Position numbers and translations under genes: made by a program
From: Octopus bimaculoides
Lineage: Eukaryota
Length of the DNA stretch: 36,643 nucleotides
Assembly: GCF_001194135.2 (NCBI RefSeq)
Contig: NC_068997.1
Coordinates: 7,535,241 to 7,571,883 of the forward strand
Reading direction: 5' to 3'
Notes under the pieces: model-generated
The model's input: only the letters and a program-made list of their open reading frames with translations
Told to the model about the DNA's origin: nothing
Databases searched by the model: none
Shown: positions 24,625 through 36,362 of the stretch, piece after piece
Layout of the letters: each line of letters begins with the position of its first letter
Position numbering within the stretch: the stretch's first letter is position 1

Positions 24625-24905
24625 CTGGCACTCCGTCGGTTACGACGACGAGTGTTCCAGTTTGTCCGATCAACAGAACAGCCTGCTCGTGAAGTTACCA
24701 TGCAAGTGGCTGAGCATACCGCAGACACGTGTGCCCTTAACGTAGTTCTCAGGCAGATTCAACGTGACACAGGATGTGACAAAGCTGGCCCTTTGAATTA
24801 CAGGTATAACTAATTTTTCCCAGCTGAGTGGAGAGGGGCAACATGAAAGAGCGTCTTACTCAACGACACAACGTGCCTCTGGAAATCGAACTCACTACCT
24901 TACGA
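24625..24905 (-). mobile_element. tRNA-derived SINE (family of 11500-11693)
   Basis: Minus-strand B-box GAGTTCGATTTCC, followed by the body shared with the 11.5-kb copy. Confidence 0.75.
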
Positions 24906-25747
24906 TTGTGAACCGAAAGCCCTATACTCGAGATTGCTCCAATATGGCCAGACCCAAGGAAAAACTAAGCTAAGAGCACAAGATTCCTTGGAAGAAAGCA
25001 GCGAATGTATAAAAAAACAAAGACGGAAAAAAAAGGAGAAATGTTACACCAATACAAATGCAAATAAAGGACATTAACAGCAGGTGTCTTTCGACTAATG
25101 ACGAATTAAATTAAGCTGGTATGCGTGGAAGTGAAGCCTTACGGCAGGGACATAAGAGATGACAGGCATGGGGAGGAATACAGATGTTGTACGGATGGTA
25201 GTCGAACCAAGAAAGAAAGGTCAGTCTTGGCTGAACACCGGTCACACGCGGAGAGAGAAGAGAGAGAGAGAGGGGCAGAGACAGAGGGATAGAAGAATTA
25301 GGGAGGGACGAGAAAAGAAGAAAAAAGAAAAAAAGAATATATATATATATATATATATATANNNNNNNNNNNNNNNNNNNNNNNNNNNNNNNNNNNNNNN
25401 NNNNNNNNNNNNNNNNNNNNNNNNNNNNNNNNNNNNNNNNNNNNNNNNNNNNNNNNNNNNNNNNNNNNNNNNNNNNNNNNNNNNNNNNNNNNNNNNNNNN
25501 NNNNNNNNNNNNNNNNNNNNNNNNNNNNNNNNNNNNNNNNNNNNNNNNNNNNNNNNNNNNNNNNNNNNNNNNNNNNNNNNNNNNNNNNNNNNNNNNNNNN
25601 NNNNNNNNNNNNNNNNNNNNNNNNNNNNNNNNNNNNNNNNNNNNNNNNNNNNNNNNNNNNNNNNNNNNNNNNNNNNNNNNNNNNNNNNNNNNNNNNNNNN
25701 NNNNNNNNNNNNNNNNNNNNNNNNNNNNNNNNNNNNNNNNNNNNNNN

Positions 25748-25801
<54 letters not shown>

Positions 25802-27194
25802 CGCACACACGTTCGCACGCACACGTACTCTCATGGCTTCAACATGCAAGGGAGTGTTATGGCCTGTCTCAAACACAGAATAACTTATTCCAATATTATC
25901 CCAATAAATTCCATATAAAATTCGTTCTGTTTGGTTTTAATTTCTTCCTTCGTTCCCCTGTCCTTGCACCTGACACCATTTTCGTGGAAGGGAAGAAAGG
26001 AAGGCAGCACAATGTCACACAAACAGATGTTGAATTAATTTATTAGTGCGCTTGTTAATTTTGCTGTAGTTGCTGTTGTCCATAATGACAATGATGATGA
26101 TGATGGTGTTGGTGGTGGTGGTGGTGGTGTTGGTAGTTGTGCTATGTTTATTTTTAGCATTTTTCAAGATAATTTTTCTCACCATCTTCAACCTCCTCCA
26201 CAAAACATTGATTTTTTTACAATAATTGTTTCATTTAAGTGAGGAACATTTGCATGGGAAATAGTGACGAGAAAAACAACAAATAAATGCTCAACAAGAA
26301 CAAGAACAACAACAAAAACAACAACAGCAACAACAACAACAACAATAATAATCGTAATGTTTTCAAATTTTGGTACTGTTATTTCGGGGAAAGGGTTAAG
26401 TCAGTNNNNNNNNNNNNNNNNNNNNNNNNNNNNNNNNNNNNNNNNNNNNNNNNNNNNNNNNNNNNNNNNNNNNNNNNNNNNNNNNNNNNNNNNNNNNNNN
26501 NNNNNNNNNNNNNNNNNNNNNNNNNNNNNNNNNNNNNNNNNNNNNNNNNNNNNNNNNNNNNNNNNNNNNNNNNNNNNNNNNNNNNNNNNNNNNNNNNNNN
26601 NNNNNNNNNNNNNNNNNNNNNNNNNNNNNNNNNNNNNNNNNNNNNNNNNNNNNNNNNNNNNNNNNNNNNNNNNNNNNNNNNNNNNNNNNNNNNNNNNNNN
26701 NNNNNNNNNNNNNNNNNNNNNNNNNNNNNNNNNNNNNNNNNNNNNNNNNNNNNNNNNNNNNNNNNNNNNNNNNNNNNNNNNNNNNNNNNNNNNNNNNNNN
26801 NNNNNNNNNNNNNNNNNNNNNNNNNNNNNNNNNNNNNNNNNNNNNNNNNNNNNNNNNNNNNNNNNNNNNNNNNNNNNNNNNNNNNNNNNNNNNNNNNNNN
26901 NNNNNNNNNNNNNNNNNNNNNNNNNNNNNNNNNNNNNNNNNNNNNNNNNNNNNNNNNNNNNNNNNNNNNNNNNNNNNNNNNNNNNNNNNNNNNNNNNNNN
27001 NNNNNNNNNNNNNNNNNNNNNNNNNNNNNNNNNNNNNNNNNNNNNNNNNNNNNNNNNNNNNNNNNNNNNNNNNNNNNNNNNNNNNNNNNNNNNNNNNNNN
27101 NNNNNNNNNNNNNNNNNNNNNNNNNNNNNNNNNNNNNNNNNNNNNNNNNNNNNNNNNNNNNNNNNNNNNNNNNNNNNNNNNNNNNNNNNNNNNN

Positions 27195-27253
<59 letters not shown>

Positions 27254-27643
27254 TAAATAACAGCAACAATGAATGTATTCCCTTATGTATATGTGTGTCG
27301 ATGTGTACAATGTGTGTGCGTGTGTGTGTGTGTGTGTGTATGTGTGTGTGTATATATATATGTGCAGAGTGTAGGTGCTTGTATGTGTGCGTATGCTTGA
27401 CTGTATGTGGCAGCCAACCCAGACAGAATTCCAATTAGTGTCGCAGGGGTGGGTAGGAGAACGAATGGGGTGGGCGCAATATGGAGACGAATACTCATGG
27501 GTGGCTGAGCAGGATTAGAACAACACTGCGATTATCACAACTACCATCATCATCATCATCATCACCATCATCACCACCACCACCACCACCACNNNNNNNN
27601 NNACAACAACAGCAACAACAACAACAACAATAATAATCGTAAT

Positions 27644-27847
27644 GTTTTCAAATTTTGGTACTGTTATTTCGGGGAAAGGGTTAAGTCAGTCTGTCCCAGT
27701 GTGAAAATGGTACTTATTTATCGACCCTCGAAAGGGATGAAAGTCAAAGTCGACCCCGGCGGCATTTGAACTCAGAATGTAAAGACAGATGAAATGCCGC
27801 TAAGCATCTTCTCCGGTGTGCTAACGGTTCTGCCACCTCGCCGCCTT
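27644..27847 (-). mobile_element. tRNA-derived SINE, well preserved (first of a tandem pair)
   Basis: Head AAGGCGGCGAGGTGGCAGAACCGTTAGCACACCGG and B-box GAGTTCAAATGCC; colinear with 27863-28077. Confidence 0.9.
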
Positions 27848-27862
27848 GATAATAACAATAAT

Positions 27863-28077
27863 GGTTTCAAGTGTTGCCACAAGGGCAGCAATTTTGGTGG
27901 AGGGGGATGAGTTGATTAAATCGACTCCAGTGTACAACTGGTACTTATTTTAACGATCCCGGAAGGATGAAAGGCAATGTCGACCTCAGCGGAATTTGAA
28001 CTCAGAACGTAGCGACGGGCGAAATACCACTAAGCATTTCGTCCAGTCTGCAAACAGTTCTGCCAGTTCGCCGCCTT
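27863..28077 (-). mobile_element. tRNA-derived SINE, well preserved (second of a tandem pair)
   Basis: Head AAGGCGGCGAACTGGCAGAACTG and B-box GAGTTCAAATTCC; abuts (AAT)n. Confidence 0.9.
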
Positions 28078-28078
<1 letters not shown>

Positions 28079-28136
<58 letters not shown>

Positions 28137-28201
28137 TAATAATAATAATGATAATAATAATAATAATAATGATAATAATAATAATGATAATAATTATAGT
28201 A

Positions 28202-28248
<47 letters not shown>
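28079..28248. repeat. (AAT)n/(GAT)n microsatellite running into a gap
   Basis: Directly visible; a similar (AAT)n lies at 27195-27250. Confidence 0.97.
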
Positions 28249-29110
28249 NNNNNNNNNNNNNNNNNNNNNNNNNNNNNNNNNNNNNNNNNNNNNNNNNNNN
28301 NNNNNNNNNNNNNNNNNNNNNNNNNNNNNNNNNNNNNNNNNNNNNNNNNNNNNNNNNNNNNNNNNNNNNNNNNNNNNNNNNNNNNNNNNNNNNNNNNNNN
28401 NNNNNNNNNNNNNNNNNNNNNNNNNNNNNNNNNNNNNNNNNNNNNNNNNNNNNNNNNNNNNNNNNNNNNNNNNNNNNNNNNNNNNNNNNNNNNNNNNNNN
28501 NNNNNNNNNNNNNNNNNNNNNNNNNNNNNNNNNNNNNNNNNNNNNNNNNNNNNNNNNNNNNNNNNNNNNNNNNNNNNNNNNNNNNNNNNNNNNNNNNNNN
28601 NNNNNNNNNNNNNNNNNNNNNNNNNNNNNNNNNNNNNNNNNNNNNNNNNNNNNNNNNNNNNNNNNNNNNNNNNNNNNNNNNNNNNNNNNNNNNNNNNNNN
28701 NNNNNNNNNNNNNNNNNNNNNNNNNNNNNNNNNNNNNNNNNNNNNNNNNNNNNNNNNNNNNNNNNNNNNNNNNNNNNNNNNNNNNNNNNNNNNNNNNNNN
28801 NNNNNNNNNNNNNNNNNNNNNNNNNNNNNNNNNNNNNNNNNNNNNNNNNNNNNNNNNNNNNNNNNNNNNNNNNNNNNNNNNNNNNNNNNNNNNNNNNNNN
28901 NNNNNNNNNNNNNNNNNNNNNNNNNNNNNNNNNNNNNNNNNNNNNNNNNNNNNNNNNNNNNNNNNNNNNNNNNNNNNNNNNNNNNNNNNNNNNNNNNNNN
29001 NNNNNNNNNNNNNNNNNNNNNNNNNNNNNNNNNNNNNNNNNNNNNNNNNNNNNNNNNNNNNNNNNNNNNNNNNNAGTAATTTCCCTTTGTTTAACAGTCA
29101 TTTTCATTGG

Positions 29111-29203
29111 AATTTTCAATGGCCAGATAACTGAAGAAATGGCGGTGTGGGTTTCCGGCCCGGCATCTGAAACTCGGAGTTTTATCATGGCTACTGAATA
29201 ATT
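29111..29203 (+). ncRNA. Type I hammerhead motif (HHR-4), unrelated in sequence to HHR-1/2
   Basis: UGGCCA-GAUAA-CUGAAGA-A[AUGGCGG...CCGGCAU]CU-GAAA-CUCGGAG-UU-UUAUC-A-UGGCUA (core 29131-29181). Stem I has 11 bp with one bulge plus a UUCA/UGAA extension; stem III is the palindrome ACUCGGAGU; triplet GUU. Confidence 0.7.
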
Positions 29204-29520
29204 GTCACATATTTTTACAGATATATATATATAAACAAATAATAAATGAGTATATGCATATATACGTACAGGTGTGTGCATACCTACGTCTACCTGTATA
29301 TATAGGTGAATATCTGGGTACAGGACATTGCAAACAAAACGTAGACAAGAAATAATAATAACCAGAGTACAGAAAACACACAAGCCACATAGAGAACATT
29401 TTCCTTCATCAGCTACCCCCGTTTTAACACCGGCGCACAAACACATATACAAATGTGTGGTAATGAACTTGTGAAAGCGATATACATTATACGTATATGT
29501 CTACGTGTGTAGACATATAT

Positions 29521-29564
<44 letters not shown>

Positions 29565-30540
29565 ATGTGTGTATGTGTTGTGTCTATGACTTGTATATGC
29601 TCGTATACATGCATACACACACACACCTGTAGAAATATATCTGTGATTGCTGGTACACTATATTGATAACCTATATATATGTGTATGTGTGTGTGTATTT
29701 ATATATATATATAAGATATATATGAATATCCGTTTCTGTATATGTGTATATATGTTCAGGTATGTATATGTGTGCCTGGATGTCTCTTTTTGTCTATATG
29801 GCTGTGTGTAAATTTCGTCAATAGATTGATACCAATATTATCACAAAAGCAATTTTCATACAATATTCATAAGTCACCCAATCTAGACCGTTATGCAGGG
29901 CCACAATATATCAAATCTCTTTCTCCCCCCCCTCTCTCTCTCTCTCTCTCTCCTTGTGCCTCTCCTCTTCTCATTCTCACTCTCCATCTCGTTCTCAGTC
30001 CATCTCTACCTTTCACTCTCGTCTTCTAGCTCTTTTTCTCTGTCTTTCTTTTCTGGTGTATGAATGTATATATGTCCATATTTATGTGTATGTGTATGTG
30101 TCTGTTTGTGTGTCTCTGTGTGTGTATGTTCGTGCGTATAAATGTATATATGCTCTCAACGCAAAGTCAATAAACCTGATTTGTGCTTGGGCGGGTGTGA
30201 AATTAGGAACTCCATTCACATTCGCCAGCTATTAAGTATTTCAAACTATTGATCTTCTCGTCTTCCCATATTTATAATATTTATATTCATGTTTTCGCTA
30301 ATGGTTGGAAAATAATAGATTGTGCTTTTCTCTAAGACCAGACGTAATTTCTCAGAATTTTTACGAGATGCCATTCAAGTGGCATTTCTATAGAATATAT
30401 TTGGAAGGTGGTCGTCAACAAAATTTGGTTAGAATTTTGGCTGTCCATGAGAATAATAATCATGTAGACTTTGTTCGTCCGAGTGGCGCCATCTGGGGGG
30501 AGATTAAGCGTTAGAACATATTGAACCAGTCACGTGTGGG

Positions 30541-30955
30541 TATCTTTTCTCTTTTATTAGTTTCAGTCATTAGACAGCGGTCATGCTGGAGCACCGCATT
30601 GAAGAATTTTTAGCTGAATGAATCAAACCCAGAGTTTATTGTTTTTTTTAAAGCCTGGTACATATTCTATCGGTCAGTTTGGCCGAAACGCTAAGTTGCG
30701 AGAATGTAAACTCACCAGCCGGTTCTCAAGCGGTTGTAAGAGACAAACGCAGACACAACGATACACTCACACACACATTTATATACATACATACGGTGGG
30801 CTTCTTTCAGTTTCCGTCTACCAAATCCACTCACAAGGCTTTGGTCGGTCCGAGGCTATTATGGAAGACACTTACGATGCCACGCCCTGGGACTGAACTC
30901 GGAACCATGTGGCTGGGAAGCAAATTTCTTACTATACAGCCACACTTGCGCCTAT
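30541..30955 (-). mobile_element. tRNA-derived SINE with internal (CA/TA) microsatellite; 3' fragment of the same family at ~32449-32498
   Basis: Minus head ATAGGCGCAAGTGTGGCTGTATAGTAAG and B-box GAGTTCAGTCCC. The tail TTTCAGTCATT.GAC.GCGG.CATGCTGGAGCACCGC recurs at 32460-32497. Confidence 0.85.
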
Positions 30956-31170
30956 GAAAATATAAATTTTTTTTTTAATCCAAAAATTCACCGTGTACGG
31001 CACTGTCGAGTTGAAGGAATAATTAAATATTCTGGAGTTTGATCTCGAAGCCGTAATTTGGTAAGCTATCTTCTCTCATATCCTAGAGTCGGCCAATATA
31101 ACATCAATGAAATATTGATAGACGGAGAATGTGTGGAATCCTATTAAAGGAATCTTTCGGTAACCCAATC

Positions 31171-31405
31171 CAGTGCTTCTCAACTGGGATCCATATAAGA
31201 TTTTTTTTGTTAAAATCCATTTGCAATAAATTCCTTATAATTCTACACGACACAAATCTATTTTAACCATTTTTGTAATACAATTCCTAATAATATTTAA
31301 TTATAAAGATAGGATTTTTAAAGCATCGAATTGATATGAGGGTCCGGTAGAGTAAAATAAGAATAAAAAGAGTCCATAAGGGCAAAAAATGGTTGAGAAC
31401 TGCTG
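31171..31405. mobile_element. hAT (Charlie-like) MITE, 235 bp, with 8-bp TSD
   Basis: TIRs CAGTGCTTCTCAACT and GGTTGAGAACTGCTG; flanks ACCCAATC (31163-31170) and ACCCAATT (31406-31413), 7/8 identical. An 8-bp TSD with CAG termini is characteristic of hAT elements. Confidence 0.85.
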
Positions 31406-32495
31406 ACCCAATTCGTTGCCCGATTTAATATCCCCACATCATCACATGTGTCTCGAGTGTAATTAGTAAATGCAACCTATTGCAAAAATTCAGACGAAGA
31501 ACTGGATTTAAGGACAACTCTTTCTCCCATGAATCACAGACAACCTGAAGAGAGTGAGAGGCGCTGCCATTTCTCTTCAGACTAATCGAATTCTAGTATA
31601 ATGTTGCTATTCAGTCATTCAAGGGTGCGAGAAGTAACGTAAACCTTTGTGGGATTTGAACTCAGAACGTAAGCATATAGGTAGAATTTTGTCCGACTCT
31701 CAACCTATGTGCACTATTTACCGTTCTTTACTGTACTGGAGAACTGATTTCTAACTCTGGCCAGAACTGCAAACATTGTGGAGAAGTCCGAGACGATTGC
31801 TTGGTACTTATTTATTTAACGACCACAAAAGTAAGCGAAACAAACTTACCCTTGACAAAACTTTGAATTCAGACCATAAAAAGCATAACTAAACAGTGAG
31901 ATGTTTTTCTGCTTCCCCACTGGTTTTGATATTCCATGTCTAACTAATATTCATATGCGTTTCGGTATCAAACATGTAGAACGGGGAAGCTTGTCTTTAA
32001 AGCCATAGGTTGCACAAGAGTATAAAGCCGTCAGCTACTCACTTCTGCTGCAGTTTTCCGGAGGATGCTGGTCGTGACGGACAGTGTAGTTTTGGACGTC
32101 TAAATCTAGCAAATCCCATTTAACTATAGATCCAATCACGACCAAATTCTTGTAGAAAATGAGAGAAGGAGTAAGGGAGAGAGAATCCGGCCCTAGTACT
32201 TTATTGTTTCGATTCCAAAAGACATTAACTGTGCAGCTCTATCCATTATTTCTATCCATTATTTCTATTGAAAATTAAAATTAAAATAAAACTACGTTGC
32301 CATTAGATTTTATAGGGTTTTTATGTTCTGCAAACTCTGCATCGGGTTTTCGGTGTAAAACACACGTATATACATATAAACAAACATATAAACATATATA
32401 CAAACACCGATGTATATATATATATATATATAACTTTTTTTTACTTTTTTTTTTACTTGTTTCAGTCATTTGACTGCGGCCATGCTGGAGCACCG

Positions 32496-32563
<68 letters not shown>

Positions 32564-33103
32564 GGTACAAATATTTATATCTATTTATATTCATACATTC
32601 ATATTCTCTCTTCATCCTCCTTTCTGTATATGCATGTGCGTATATACCATAAAAATACTATCCAAAATTTCAACACTAAACTCTATTAAGCATTTCAACA
32701 TGGCTACAACGTTTAATGTCGTTTATGCGTTCATTCACCGACATAAGCATATATCTATATCTATGTATACATTGGGTGGGGAGGATGCACTATGAAGAGT
32801 TTATACTGCATTTTTGACTTTGAGAAAAAAATGTATTTTTTACAAATGTTTTGCAACCTTATATTTTTTTACAACCTTACAAAATCGCTAAGCAAATGAC
32901 TTTCTCCAAATGCATTAAGAACACTATAACATATTCAGAACACTATTTCAGAAAATTATTAGAATTCTCTTTAAACCTATAAAAGACAAATTTTAGCTGG
33001 AGCAAAATGAGTAAGATAAAATAAGGTAAATTTGCCTCTTCATTTCTCTGGAATTGCATTTGAAAGCTTACACATCATTATCCATCCTTAGACATCAGAA
33101 AGA

Positions 33104-33204
33104 TCAGAAATGCAACAAAAATTTAAAATATCTCTGGGATGCAACAAAAATTTTAAGATTTCAGGAATACAACTAAAATTTAATTACTCAGAAATGTCAC
33201 AAAA
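33104..33204. repeat. Diverged minisatellite, 27-30-bp unit, ~3.5 copies
   Basis: Units TCAGAAATGCAACAAAAATTTAAAATA / TCTCTGGGATGCAACAAAAATTTTAAGATT / TCAGGAATACAACTAAAATTTAATTAC / TCAGAAATGTCACAAAA. Confidence 0.7.
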
Positions 33205-33499
33205 GACGGTCAGGGAAAATGGCACATGACACGAAATTAACGAAACTCAACTAAATCTAAAAGCAAAACAAAAAATGTTTTCTATAGCTTCTTCTTCACG
33301 ATGTGCTGGAGTGGCCCTTTTCTCGATATATTTACGCATCATACAGTTACATGGAAATAATTATTGAAATAGGCCATTACTCATTTTACCCCATCTTACA
33401 TATAATTTTTTGAAAATTGAGAATTTTAAAATCAAACATTGATGAGGAGAAAAAATTAACTTGGAATCCAACAGAGAAAAGAATATTGATTGTTAGACA

Positions 33500-34190
33500 C
33501 CAACATTTATCGAGAAGTTTTATTAGCAACCTCAATTACAATCGGGTCAAAGTTAAAGAAAAAGTTTTTGACAAAATGTACTTGACATTGGAACACCTTC
33601 ATCTTAACTCCCAGTTCGTCTTTGGTGTTGCAGCAGAGCTGTTCGTGTCTTTCTCAAACGCCATCCACCACGCGTAGTAATCCACGGGATTGCAATGAAA
33701 TTAGGCCGGAAATTGGAGCTAGTGAAGTCGTAGAAAATTTCCGACAACTTCTAGAGATATGGCAAGGAGTCGAATTCTACTTTCACACACATGACCTTCA
33801 ATCAGCAATCATCTTCAACCAAGGTTTCATTACATTCTCCAGCAGCTTCCCCTAACCGTCTGAATTGGGCTTAAAGCCCTGCTCAAAGATGTGGGAAGAT
33901 TCCAGCGTGTGGACGCTGTCAGAATCCCTGCTGTGTCCCTTCCTGCTGGTCACGGCATCGTAGTCTTCGTTGCAGTTGTCCATGTCACATATTACAACCG
34001 TTATGGTGTTCACAGAGCATTGAGCAGGCGTCATGATGTCGCAATTTGATAGCCAGTGCGAAACAGAATGAAACAGAGACATCTTTTCCAAACCTCAGCT
34101 TTTTTTCTCAACTTCAACCTTGACCTTTATGCTCTTCAACGATGATGACTGTTCACAACAAAACATCAAAAGCCGTTCCTGAAAGGAGGA
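33500..34190 (-). mobile_element. Tc1/mariner-superfamily (maT/DD37D-like) element, internally deleted and degenerate
   Basis: Minus strand: N-terminal HTH-like LSNCDIMTPAQCSVNTITVVICDMDNCNEDYDAVTSRKGHS joined to HIFEQGFKPNSDG, then LLENVMKPWLKMIA, (Q)NSTPCHISRS, FYDFTSSNF, CNPVDYYAW, FEKDTN. The NPxDY motif points to maT/DD37D rather than DD34E Tc1. Confidence 0.8.
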
Positions 34191-34841
34191 GATAAATTTA
34201 GCCTGAACACCCTAAACACACACACACGCACACATGAAATCTCTGCTAGCTTTATGTCTCCGATTTGGTTTATTAGTCAACTTGTGAATAATATAAATAT
34301 TGTTCCTCAGTGAAAGGGTTACATATGTAGACCCGAACAGAATAATATTAATGAAAATGAATATGGATGGTGGGAATAGAAACGTCTAAATACATAACTC
34401 TAACTAAACTATGAAATGTTTCACTGTTCCTTCGCAAGATAGAATTAATGCATAGTTTTTAGATTGTTAATGAACGAAACAGGGATGGTTTCAAATCAGC
34501 ATAACTGTATTGCAATCTCCATTACATATGAGCAACTTGATTTAGTTGGGTTTGAAATTTATTACCTTACATCTGGACATAAAAATTTAAAGAGTAAGCA
34601 ATGGAAAGAGATTTATACACAAACACGTTCATTGACAACAGTTATAAATATATATATANNNNNNNNNNNNNNNNNNNNNNNNNNNNNNNNNNNNNNNNNN
34701 NNNNNNNNNNNNNNNNNNNNNNNNNNNNNNNNNNNNNNNNNNNNNNNNNNNNNNNNNNNNNNNNNNNNNNNNNNNNNNNNNNNNNNNNNNNNNNNNNNNN
34801 NNNNNNNNNNNNNNNNNNNNNNNNNNNNNNNNNNNNNNNNN

Positions 34842-34862
34842 TTATTATTATTATTATTATTT

Positions 34863-34906
<44 letters not shown>

Positions 34907-35073
34907 ATTTATTGCTATTATCATTTCCGTATTACCATTTATATATCATTATCGTTTCTTGTCCAGTTATTTAATTGTAGATTTCTACATAAATACGGCT
35001 CTGCCAGTAAAGAACAATCACACACCACCACCACCACCACTACCACCACCACTACCACCACCACCACCACCAC
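34842..35073. repeat. (TTA)n, (GTT)n and (CAC)n microsatellites
   Basis: Directly visible: (GTT)n ~34862-34905, (CAC)n ~35022-35073. Confidence 0.95.
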
Positions 35074-36264
35074 CCAGAAATAAAACTACAAACGTTCCAG
35101 TGACTTCAAATAAACAAAATTAAAAGTGTTCCAAATAAAAATTCTTCATCTCTTCCTGTAGCATTTTGATTATTTATTTTAATGAATGTATTTAATGTTT
35201 AATTATTTGAGCTCTCATTTCTCTGAGGGAGAAAAACTCGAGATATGTTTATTGTGAGGTTTTCTCCATCGTCACTACACTCCGCGCTTAAAAGGTTGGT
35301 GCAGACAAACATTTCTCTTTTTTTCTTTTCTCTTTTGGTTATCTTCCATTTGAAATCTAGAAGAAAACAGATTAAACAACTTAATGTGAATCGCCATCGC
35401 CTTATCTTCAACTCGGTCAATTGTTTTGTTTTCTTAATACGGTTTTGGAACCTCATATACAAGCAGATTATTCTTTGGTTGGAATTTTCTTTTTGTTACA
35501 AGCATCTTCAAACATTTTCTTTTGCTCGTTACAGATTAAATTTTATGAAAATGTTTTATGCTTTCGTCTTTTGTAATCTGACTTCCCTTAAGTTGAGATT
35601 TCATATTTTTACAATCGTACTTTTTGTAAATGGTTCAAGTTTTTCTACATTTTGCGGGCAACTTTTGGCAGACGTTTCTGTTTTGTTTTCGTTTGTTAAT
35701 ACACCATTATCGAGGTCAGTAGTGTTTCTTTCAAGAAAAGACAGTGCATGGATACTTGGCTCGCAAAACACGAGCCGTAGAAGGGATTGATCATACCAAG
35801 AGCTTGGCATGAAATACCAATAAGTTTATGATATCCCATTTTGAAGGCTATCTCCATGCAATTCAAGAACGAGAGATTCCTACCAAGTACATACAGCGTA
35901 AGAGACAGAAAACGTTGACAGACAACAAATGTAGGCCGTGAAAGGCTAGCACTGAAGACATCAACTACATCATTTGAGAGAATGTCTTCCAAAGCATAAG
36001 AAACTGACGCGGATTCTCCAAATCTAATCTATTAGTGGCACAGTGAAAGTTTGTAAAACATTCCAAAACTACCCCATCAGTGATTCTTTTGTGATTAGAT
36101 GCACACACTTGGGTGTATGCATCGACAAGTCAACCAACACACCAACTCAACCACAGATTTACACACACCGGGAACTCATCTAAAAAAAAAGTCTTGTCGC
36201 TTTTTTAAGGACCGGTTTCAACTCTCTCATTGAGAACTTAACTAAAAGTCAATAAGAAAAATCA

Positions 36265-36362
36265 TACATGCATACACATACATACACATACATATATACA
36301 TGCATACATACATTAATACATACATACATACATACATACATACATACATACATACATACATA
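36265..36362. repeat. (TACA)n microsatellite
   Basis: Directly visible. Confidence 0.95.

Larger units (their letters stand above)
4804..34841. other. Assembly gaps: 4804-4973, 8031-8231, 14165-14388, 16846-17115, 20738-21130, 23654-23827, 25362-25747, 26406-27194, 27593-27602, 28249-29074, 34659-34841
   Basis: N-runs, most of them bordered by microsatellites. Confidence 0.99.

Noticed and set aside
29380-29440. Minus-strand CTGATGA at 29406-29412
   Set aside because: No stem II followed by GAAA and NUH. It may be part of a repeat family, but that cannot be supported here.
27644-30955. tRNA-like A/B boxes as tRNA genes
   Set aside because: No cloverleaf, and the boxes continue into multicopy SINE bodies.
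243-36362. Most supplied ORFs (poly C-V, Y-I, H-T, K, E, L, N, X runs)
   Set aside because: They are translations of microsatellites or N-gaps with no domain content.
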